From positions 1,984,001 through 2,048,000 of the forward strand of contig CAVUAK010000001.1 in NCBI GenBank assembly GCA_963739455.1: a DNA stretch of 64,000 nucleotides, in the 5' to 3' direction. Position 1 is the stretch's first letter; every line of letters begins with the position of its first letter. A program made the translations under genes and the position numbers. Positions 57,053 through 64,000 of this stretch are shown piece after piece. The stretch is from an uncultured Gemmatimonadales bacterium. GTDB lineage: Bacteria > Gemmatimonadota > Gemmatimonadetes > Gemmatimonadales > GWC2-71-9. The notes beneath the pieces are model-generated. The model had not been told where the DNA came from and did not search any database. It saw nothing but the letters and a program-made list of their open reading frames with translations.

Positions 57053-58714
57053 ATGAGCCCCACGAAGTCGAAGAACGAGCCCTCGGACAACAAACCCCGC
57101 GCCTTCAGTTACCTGCGCTTCTCATCCCCAGAGCAGTCAAAGGGAGATAGCTACCGGCGTCAGACCGAAGCGGCGGAGGCGTACGCAACCGCTCACGGGC
57201 TCACTATCGACAAGCGGAGCTATCGAGATCTCGGCATCTCGGCCTTCCGTGGGAAGAACGTGGAAGAGGGGGCCCTAGGGGAATTCCTCGAAGCGGTACG
57301 CCTTGGGATCATTCCGAAGGGCTCTATCCTGCTCGTTGAAAACCTTGACCGCATCTCTCGGCAGACTGCCCGCAAGGCATTCATGACGCTCAATGGCATC
57401 ATCGAGGCGGGCGTGGAGGTTGTCACGCTTTCCGATGGACGCCGGTACAGTCAGAGCACGCTGGATGAGGGCATGGTTGAGCTTCTCGCATCCATCCTGC
57501 TCTTCTCCCGCGCCAATGAGGAGAGCCTCACGAAGGCTCGCCGGATCTCTGCCGCGTGGTCGAACAAGCGGATGAAGGCACGTGTGCACGGCACGCCGAT
57601 GACGAAGCGCGTTCCGGCGTGGATGGAGCTGAAGGATGGGAAGTACCGCCTGATCCCGGAGCGGGCGAAGATTGTGAAGGACATCTTCACGCGCTGTCTC
57701 AAGGGCGAGGGACAGGCCCTCATTGCTCAGGAGTACAACAGGGCCAAGCTCCCAGCCTTCGGCAAGGCGAGCTACTGGCACAAGAGCTACATCCTCAAGG
57801 TTCTGGACAACCCCGCCGCCTACGGGACACTCGTTCCCCATATGATGAAGGACGGCAAGCGGGTCCCAGAAGGGCAACCGCTGAAGGGGTTCTATCCAGC
57901 CGCTGTGGATGAGGAACTCTTCCGCCGCACACAGGACGTGCGCCGTGCGCGGGGCTCGCGAAGGACCTCGCAAAGGCCCTTGAGGAATCTCCTTGGGGGC
58001 CTCGCCAAGTGCCCGAAGTGCGAATCCGCCATGACCATCGTAAACAAGGGAAAAGACGGAGGAGCAATCCGGCTCGTCTGCGTAAGAGCGAAGGCTTCGG
58101 CAGGCTGTCAGTATGTCACTGTAGTCTATGACGCTGTAGAGGCGGGGCTCATCACAGGACTGCACAACTCGGCGGTACCAGTCGCAGAAGGTGGCTGGGA
58201 TAGCTACGGCGTGAGCGGGCTTGAGTCGGACCTTGCTCTCGCGGAGACCAGCCTCGAAGTGGTAGACGCCAGCATCGAGAAGTTCATGCAAGCCATTGAG
58301 CAGGCGGGCTCCTCTGCGGCCATCACCGGGAAGATCCGCAGGCTGGAGGCTGAGAAGGAGGAACTTCTTGAAAAGCAGCGCACGCTGTGGGCTCAAATCG
58401 AGGAGGCGCGGCACCCTCTGACGGAGAAGAAGATGTCAGAGCTTCAAAAAGCCATTACAAAGGAGCCGCTGGATAGGAAGCTCATCAACTCACTCCTTCA
58501 TCAGATCTTCACGGAGGTCATCGTGGACTACGAGAAGGGCGCGCTTCGGCTGAAGTGGGCACACGACGGCTACACCGAGGTCGGATACTCTGCCGGATTC
58601 TATGGGTTCGAAGAGATGGTGGAAGTCGAGGCCAACACCTTTGTCACCAAGGCGGAGGCAAAGCGGATGATGCCGGTCTCGAAGAAGGATATTCGGAAGA
58701 AGAAGACCGCCTGA
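57053..58714 (+). CDS. Large serine recombinase (resolvase + recombinase + zinc ribbon + coiled coil)
   Basis: AFSYLRFSSPEQ..GDSYRRQ, DLGISAF, LLVENLDRISR, RANEES..K..R, CPKC..LVC..C; AAGGAG RBS. Confidence 0.95.
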   Translation: MSPTKSKNEPSDNKPRAFSYLRFSSPEQSKGDSYRRQTEAAEAYATAHGLTIDKRSYRDLGISAFRGKNVEEGALGEFLEAVRLGIIPKGSILLVENLDRISRQTARKAFMTLNGIIEAGVEVVTLSDGRRYSQSTLDEGMVELLASILLFSRANEESLTKARRISAAWSNKRMKARVHGTPMTKRVPAWMELKDGKYRLIPERAKIVKDIFTRCLKGEGQALIAQEYNRAKLPAFGKASYWHKSYILKVLDNPAAYGTLVPHMMKDGKRVPEGQPLKGFYPAAVDEELFRRTQDVRRARGSRRTSQRPLRNLLGGLAKCPKCESAMTIVNKGKDGGAIRLVCVRAKASAGCQYVTVVYDAVEAGLITGLHNSAVPVAEGGWDSYGVSGLESDLALAETSLEVVDASIEKFMQAIEQAGSSAAITGKIRRLEAEKEELLEKQRTLWAQIEEARHPLTEKKMSELQKAITKEPLDRKLINSLLHQIFTEVIVDYEKGALRLKWAHDGYTEVGYSAGFYGFEEMVEVEANTFVTKAEAKRMMPVSKKDIRKKKTA

Positions 58715-58740
58715 AGCGCAACTCCAGCAATATCCATGAC

Positions 58741-58763
58741 GAGGCCCCCGCGCAGGGGGCTTT
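58741..58763 (+). terminator. Hairpin after the recombinase gene
   Basis: GAGGCCCCC-GCGCA-GGGGGCTTT. Confidence 0.6.
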
Positions 58764-58796
58764 CCCATATTGCCTACCAACACCTCCCCGGAGCCT

Positions 58797-59477
58797 ATGC
58801 CTACCAAGAAGCCAGTGAAGAAAACCAAAGAGCAGCAATGGGCCGCTACGGTTGCCCGCTCGAAGCACGACATGAAGGCGAGCCGGGTCTACTGGAGCAA
58901 CTACATCGCAACCTTTCGAGGCACCCACGCTGAGGACATCAACCCACGCTCACGCACCCCCATCCCCCCACTTCGGACCTGCCCCCTCCCAGACCGTGAG
59001 GGAGCCCCGTCACACATCCTGCGAAACGAGGCGGGCGTTCCTGTCCTGCGGCTCGTGGTGGATGATGACCGGTGGTCCTTCTGCATGAGCGAGGAGGCAT
59101 TCCAACGGTTGCAGGCGGAGGGTCGGAAGTCCAAGCCCGAGGTGGCTGCTCAGAGTGACCGTGAGTGGGCTACTCTCGAAGCCCTCCCCTACACACCCCA
59201 TCGCCAGCCGGGAGAGTTCGAGCCTAGCCTCGCCCTTGATCCGGCCGCACGACAGGAACGGCTGGACCTTGAGAGCGAACGGCTGCGGAGGCTGAGGGCT
59301 TATCACGAGCGCAGAGTATTTGATCCAGAGCGCCAGCGGGGACAGGCGGCGGCAAATCGGCGGCAGGATGCCCGCTTCGAGGCGTACAGAGCCGCAAGGA
59401 ACATCCGAAACGAGGCTCTTGGGCTCCCGCTAGAGGAAAATCCTATGGATTGCGGAACGCACACTTCACCTGCTTAG
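58797..59477 (+). CDS. Hypothetical basic/Arg-rich protein of the element
   Basis: GGAG RBS before ATG 58797; open frame; no family recognised. Confidence 0.55.
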   Translation: MPTKKPVKKTKEQQWAATVARSKHDMKASRVYWSNYIATFRGTHAEDINPRSRTPIPPLRTCPLPDREGAPSHILRNEAGVPVLRLVVDDDRWSFCMSEEAFQRLQAEGRKSKPEVAAQSDREWATLEALPYTPHRQPGEFEPSLALDPAARQERLDLESERLRRLRAYHERRVFDPERQRGQAAANRRQDARFEAYRAARNIRNEALGLPLEENPMDCGTHTSPA

Positions 59478-59849
59478 GGCGTAGCTAGTGGTAAAGTTGC
59501 GCTCTTCAGTCCAATATTTCTGATGCAACTTGCCATCTCTCATGTCGATGGATACGACCCCCGCCAGAGGAGGCCCATAGGCGCAACTCCAGTTACGCTC
59601 ATCAAACACATCACAATTCGTAAACGTCTCCGTATCCCGCCCAAGGTCGCCCTCTCGGTCGCTGGCGTCCAAGACCCAAAGGACTTCCTTCTTCTCCTGA
59701 TCGAGCTTGTAGCGAACGACAAAAACGGTGGGGCTTTTCCTGTCAACGGCTGGCTCTTTCCGGGTCCAAGTATAGCGGCGTTCGACCATGCCGCAGCCAG
59801 ACGAGGCGAGCGCAAGTGCACCCAGCACCGCCCATCTAGCATGAATCAT
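59466..59849 (-). CDS. Hypothetical lipoprotein
   Basis: Hydrophobic stretch ending LALASSGC (lipobox); NCDVFDERNWSC. Confidence 0.7.
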   Translation of the reverse strand: MIHARWAVLGALALASSGCGMVERRYTWTRKEPAVDRKSPTVFVVRYKLDQEKKEVLWVLDASDREGDLGRDTETFTNCDVFDERNWSCAYGPPLAGVVSIDMRDGKLHQKYWTEERNFTTSYALSR

Positions 59850-60011
59850 CAAGCTGGATATCTGCTGTCTCATTCGAAAGCTCCTTGGCATACGCGAAGA
59901 GTGTGCGGTCTCGGCCGGGAACTGGCAAGGCGGCTAGGCCGATCGCCCCATGTACCTAGACAGAAGCGGTACCGCGAGCGACCCTTCGCACTACCCCTTA
60001 CGGATTCCAAC

Positions 60012-60473
60012 GTGAAAGTCTATCGGCTTCTCCTGCTCGCCTTGGCCGTGCTTCCACAGCTTGCAAACGCACAGCAAGATACGGCGCTCGCAAGGATGGA
60101 TTCGGCTAATGCCGTCCTTCAAGCCCGCCTCATCAAGGGCCGCGAGTGTACGAGTGAGGTGATGCCGGAGAGAGGACCAGTGACCAACTGCGATTTCATC
60201 TTGCCGGGGGCAATGCACCTCACGGCGGGGTCAGTCGGCACCGATAACCCCTCGGTCGTGGTGAACTGGACGGAGCGAGCCTACCGGTTCTACATCACTC
60301 AGCAAGACGGAGGCATGTGGGTGACGGTCTGGTACTCGGATGACCAACGTCCACCGGGAAACTGGAAGCATGGGGAGGCGTGCATCAACGTGAAGACGGC
60401 GCTAGTCTACCCAATCTCATGCGTGTGGGTCGTCATTGGGAATGCGAAGGGAAAGCCGAAGATCGGGAAGTGA
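60012..60473 (+). CDS. Hypothetical exported protein
   Basis: GTG start, signal peptide KVYRLLLLALAVLPQLANA, four Cys in the mature part. Confidence 0.65.
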   Translation: MKVYRLLLLALAVLPQLANAQQDTALARMDSANAVLQARLIKGRECTSEVMPERGPVTNCDFILPGAMHLTAGSVGTDNPSVVVNWTERAYRFYITQQDGGMWVTVWYSDDQRPPGNWKHGEACINVKTALVYPISCVWVVIGNAKGKPKIGK

Positions 60474-60553
60474 GATTTCTCCGGGGAATCTTGCGCTCGT
60501 GGGGTCGAAACGGGAGAATCGAGAAGGGCAATGGCGTCCTCTAGGAGGAACTG

Positions 60554-61192
60554 GTGGTAAGGTACACAGTGGCTCTATTGGTCGGACTCGCCCCGTTCTG
60601 CTGCGTCCCTGTTTGGGCGCAGATGACTCCTACCCCAAGCTCTTCCCAAAGTGCAGAGCCACAAAAGGCAGACCCCAATGCGCCGCTTCCTAAAGTAGGG
60701 GAGCCCACAGGGGACGCCATTCCTTTCTTCAAGGTTGATTACAACCAGTTCACCGACAGTACCACCCTCAAGGGACCGAGGTTGGATAAGGTGTCCTTCT
60801 ATGCGCGCATGGAGGCGAGCTTCCTCGGTCAGAAGTTGCCAGAGACTTTTCAGACTGTGTTGCGCTTCGAGTACAAGGACATCGGGAATGCGAGAGCGAT
60901 TCCGCTAGGAGCGGAGCTGTCACCCTTCAAGACGGGTGGGACGGTCTACCTCCTCTTTGATGGCGGTGCGGCTCGTGCTGCGCTCCCCATTGTAGCGACG
61001 AGGTTTGAGGCAGCAGCGACAACGCCAGTCTACAAAGGCTGGGCGGTGGTCTCGGATTCAGTTTTGCGGTTGATGAGCGCGTCAAAGAAGATTGAAGCGC
61101 AGTTCTTCGCTAGCCCAATGGGCAAGTGGACACTCCCGAACGACTCGCCGGGAGCGGCTCAGGTCCTCCTCCGACTGCTTGAGACCAAGTGA
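60554..61192 (+). CDS. Hypothetical exported protein
   Basis: AGGAGG RBS; signal peptide ending VWA; YNQFTDSTT motif. Confidence 0.7.
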   Translation: MVRYTVALLVGLAPFCCVPVWAQMTPTPSSSQSAEPQKADPNAPLPKVGEPTGDAIPFFKVDYNQFTDSTTLKGPRLDKVSFYARMEASFLGQKLPETFQTVLRFEYKDIGNARAIPLGAELSPFKTGGTVYLLFDGGAARAALPIVATRFEAAATTPVYKGWAVVSDSVLRLMSASKKIEAQFFASPMGKWTLPNDSPGAAQVLLRLLETK

Positions 61193-62130
61193 CAATTTTT
61201 TCATCGCGACTTCCAAAGTCCGTGATGCGCGACGGGCGCTCTGCTAGGCTCAAGAAGCTCTTAAGTGGTGAGGAAACTCAGCACGTCGAGTTCAAGAAAT
61301 CGGTTGGGTTAGTCGAATCAGCAGATTTTGTGCAGTTTGCAAATTCTTCTGATGGCGGCGAAATCCTCGTCGGTGTGGAGGAGGTTAAAGACGGCAATGG
61401 TCGAAGAATGCCCACGGTGGTTGGCTGCCTCACCACTGACGCGAACAAACGAAGTCTGCTGGACAAAGCGGGTTCATGTTCGCCTCCAGTAGACATCACG
61501 GTCCACGTGGAGAAGGTCGAGGGCAAGCAATTCTATCGGGTGGTGATCCCGAGTGGACTGCACAAGCCCTATTGCACAGCAAGTGGGACTTACGTTATCC
61601 GAAACGACGGCGAGAGGAAGGCTTTGCTCCCCGCACAGCTACTGAATCTTTTTCTTGAATCGCAGGGGACTACGTTCGTGGAACGCTTTAAGGAAGCTTC
61701 GAGGGGAATTGATGAGGCTCTGAAGGAGATGCGTAGTCGTATTGAGGAAGCAGGCAGTGCGACGGAGGAGCAGCTCAACCTCATCTCACGGGTTGCTGAG
61801 CACGCGAGTGAGACATCCGATGAAGCTATGAGCAATGCCGCTGATGCCGTCGCTGCAATTGAAGATGTCTCTGCTCAAGTCGATGCCGCTCACAATGACC
61901 TTCTTGAGAGTGTCCACAGCGCGAACCGGAGGCTGAAGAAGGTTCTCAAGCATCAAGGGATCTCAGATCCGGATGAGGATGACGCTGAGTATTGGCGGAA
62001 GTTTGCGGAGAAGCAGGAAGCGAAGGAGAGAGAGGCGGCGGCACTTCTCGGGCAAGCCGCCAGCCAAGAGAAGTCAAAGGGTTCCAGACCTTTGCGGTCG
62101 CGAAAGAACGCTTCGCGTAAGCGCAGTTAG
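61189..62130 (+). CDS. Schlafen/AlbA_2 domain protein with C-terminal coiled coil
   Basis: GEETQHVEFK, FANSSDGGEILVGVEE, PPV, IPSGLHKPYCT..GTYVIR; then long heptad-rich helices. Confidence 0.85.
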   Translation: MTIFSSRLPKSVMRDGRSARLKKLLSGEETQHVEFKKSVGLVESADFVQFANSSDGGEILVGVEEVKDGNGRRMPTVVGCLTTDANKRSLLDKAGSCSPPVDITVHVEKVEGKQFYRVVIPSGLHKPYCTASGTYVIRNDGERKALLPAQLLNLFLESQGTTFVERFKEASRGIDEALKEMRSRIEEAGSATEEQLNLISRVAEHASETSDEAMSNAADAVAAIEDVSAQVDAAHNDLLESVHSANRRLKKVLKHQGISDPDEDDAEYWRKFAEKQEAKEREAAALLGQAASQEKSKGSRPLRSRKNASRKRS

Positions 62131-62220
62131 GTGAGAATCGACATAGACCGGGCTGCTAGGAGTTGAGTGGTTTTCTGAGTACCTTGTGTTGGTAGGTATC
62201 CACCCCCTTCAAGGAGGCCC

Positions 62221-62532
62221 ATGACTACCCCCAGTGACCCCCCAAGTACCCCGCCACTCCCCTCAGCAGGCTCCCGCCCCGAAGACAAACCCCTCTCCTA
62301 TTGGCTCGACCTCGTAGCCTCCTGTATTCCTAGCAAAGATCCCAATGATGGTCCAACCGATTTCACTGGACGAATCCCGAAGACCGTGGAAGAGCGGGCG
62401 TACATCGGACATCTGGCGCGAGGCGGGACGTTGAGCTTCGAGATCTTTTCGAGGTGGTCAACGGAAGTGATGGATCAGGTCTTCATAGAAACGCTACAGG
62501 AGTTTCGGGAGGAGCGGGGGGCGAAAGCTTAG
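62221..62532 (+). CDS. Hypothetical protein
   Basis: Strong AAGGAGG RBS before the ATG; 103 aa. Confidence 0.6.
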   Translation: MTTPSDPPSTPPLPSAGSRPEDKPLSYWLDLVASCIPSKDPNDGPTDFTGRIPKTVEERAYIGHLARGGTLSFEIFSRWSTEVMDQVFIETLQEFREERGAKA

Positions 62533-63116
62533 ACCTCGCCGCGAGTCTTCTTGAGACGCCGCATGGCTTGTTGAATCGCCGTCGAGACATATTCGGGCTG
62601 GCGCTGTATCTGATGCCCGGAGAAGCGCAGGAGCGTGTACCCCTTCGCCTGTAGCGCATTCCCCACTCGATAGTCCTTCTCGCGCTGTGGTACCGTCGAG
62701 TGAAAGTCATGGCCGTCGCAGTAGATGGCGAGTGGCAGGGTCAGATGGAGCAAGTCAGGGTAGGTGTCTCCCGGTTCACACTCGCCCGCAATGCTCAAAT
62801 ACGGGATAATGAGTGCGCGGCCCCGCCTGAACTCCGACATGATTCCGCACCGAACAAGCAGCCGATCCATATCAAGCTCGATCTCCGACTCAACCATTAT
62901 CAGAGAAGCTGCTCTCTCCATGAGGACCGGCAGGATGTCGCGGAAGGAGAGCGCCTTCGAAGCTCGTGGGACCTTCCATGCGAGGAGGTCACTGAAGCGG
63001 TTGCAGAGGTCGGCAAGCAGCCGCTCTTCCCCCAAGGTGAGAGCTACCGCCGCGAGACGCGCGAGGGCGTTGTCGGTGGTCGGCTGGGGCTTCGGTGAAG
63101 GAGCAACTGAGGTCAC
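62529..63116 (-). CDS. DUF559/Vsr-like (PD-(D/E)xK superfamily) endonuclease-domain protein
   Basis: PDLL..LAIYCDGHDFH..QREKD..NALQAKGYTLLRFSGHQI. Confidence 0.82.
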   Translation of the reverse strand: MTSVAPSPKPQPTTDNALARLAAVALTLGEERLLADLCNRFSDLLAWKVPRASKALSFRDILPVLMERAASLIMVESEIELDMDRLLVRCGIMSEFRRGRALIIPYLSIAGECEPGDTYPDLLHLTLPLAIYCDGHDFHSTVPQREKDYRVGNALQAKGYTLLRFSGHQIQRQPEYVSTAIQQAMRRLKKTRGEV

Positions 63117-63805
63117 TTCTTGGCCCGTCGTGATTTCGGGGTTGGGGCCTTCCGTCGCGAGGGTTGCGTTTCGGCGCGGACTGTTTGCATGCCAAACTCA
63201 CTGTCCGATTGTGCTGAAACGTCCATTGTTAGGCCGGACGCCAATGCGGCATGAAAGAGGCCGTGTTGCTGAATGTCTATCTCGAAGAGATCCACCGCAT
63301 CATAGAGGGCGTGCGCGTCGAGAGACGAAAGCTCACGCAGCTTAGGAACGAGGGTGGCGGCAACCTTTGCTGGCTCAACTCGTGATGGGAAGGCCCGATG
63401 TTCGGGCTTCGCAATCTTGACCCATTCGTCGACAACGGCCCAGAGAAAGCGGGGGATTCTCTTGCGCTCAGAAGCGATCGCTTCTACGAGCAGAAAGGCC
63501 TCCTCACGAGTCAGGCGGAGTCCAAGCACGGTCTCGCGAGCGGTAGCGTAGTACCTCTCAAGATCTCGCCGCACTATTGCCGCAAGTGATTCGTCCGGCC
63601 AGCGCCGACGGCGAGCCACTTCCAAAGCCAGTTGTTCCCCGAGCCTCAATGAGATCGGGGGATTCCCAATATCAACGGTGTTGACGCCAACAGAGATGGT
63701 GAACCCGGACATGGGCTCACCGTCCTTCACGAACGGCCCCTGCGGACCGAAGGGTATCGGTTCGCCGATAAGGCCGGGAGGAGTCGTGGGCGGGTTGTCA
63801 GTCAC
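63113..63805 (-). CDS. Hypothetical protein with ribbon-helix-helix-like DNA-binding segment
   Basis: PISLRLGEQLALEVARR..SLAAIVRRDLERYY (beta-alpha-alpha pattern); start uncertain (GTG 63805 or ATG 63712); stop overlaps the nuclease start. Confidence 0.6.
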   Translation of the reverse strand: MTDNPPTTPPGLIGEPIPFGPQGPFVKDGEPMSGFTISVGVNTVDIGNPPISLRLGEQLALEVARRRRWPDESLAAIVRRDLERYYATARETVLGLRLTREEAFLLVEAIASERKRIPRFLWAVVDEWVKIAKPEHRAFPSRVEPAKVAATLVPKLRELSSLDAHALYDAVDLFEIDIQQHGLFHAALASGLTMDVSAQSDSEFGMQTVRAETQPSRRKAPTPKSRRAKK

Positions 63806-63830
63806 ACAGGAGGTCCAGTTAAGGTTCCCG

Positions 63831-63859
63831 AAGATACAGGTGTATACAAATGTCGTCAA
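63831..63859 (-). promoter_or_regulatory. sigma70 promoter with palindromic operator in the spacer
   Basis: Minus strand TTGACG, 17 bp, TATCTT (preceded by TG); TGTATACA palindrome at 63841-63848. Confidence 0.75.
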
Positions 63860-64000
63860 GTGTATTGGAAGGAGGAAGGCTCTGAACCGACCTGAGGCTG
63901 AGATTTTGTTGCGGGCACAGGAGCGCCTTGTTCTCCCCCTCAAGTGTGGTAGTAATCCCCCCTAGGGGGCCTTGTCAGGGGACCCACCAAATCGGGGCCG

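Larger units (their letters stand above)
56992..64000. mobile_element. Serine-recombinase integrative element inserted in comM (left part only; attL near 56985-56995)
   Basis: comM homology stops abruptly; integrase ATG about 60 bp later; visibly lower GC and different codon usage; orphan cargo genes. Confidence 0.88.

Overview
High-GC bacterial chromosomal segment. Gene content and order resemble Gemmatimonadota (inference, not a database result). Positions 1-56,990 are mostly housekeeping: a Ser/Thr kinase, class II ribonucleotide reductase nrdJ, a redox/electrophile-detox cluster, ispG, ccdA-tlpA-peroxiredoxin-like genes, pyk, pgi, SRP RNA-dnaX-ybaB-recR-mglB-mglA-pgsA-cinA-grpE-dnaJ, a di-haem oxidoreductase, ppk1, mnmA plus a cysteine desulfurase, bshB1, a TolC/MacA/ATPase operon with four MacB permeases, and a large sensor kinase. 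About 30 apparent small indels break conserved genes, including pgi, pyk and nrdJ; these are most likely long-read assembly errors. A ~500-bp AT-richer gap before pyk carries clustered DnaA-box-like 9-mers and a perfect IHF consensus, so it is an oriC- or datA-like candidate. At ~56,992 the comM/yifB gene is cut just before its Walker A motif by a lower-GC integrated element that runs off the window. The element encodes a large serine recombinase, three orphan exported proteins, a Schlafen/AlbA_2 coiled-coil protein, and a coupled RHH-like + DUF559-nuclease pair with its own sigma70 promoter and palindromic operator (candidate defence/TA cargo). Other oddities are an SRP RNA lacking the GNRA tetraloop, a peroxiredoxin homologue with Ser at the peroxidatic Cys, and a creatininase homologue lacking its metal ligands.
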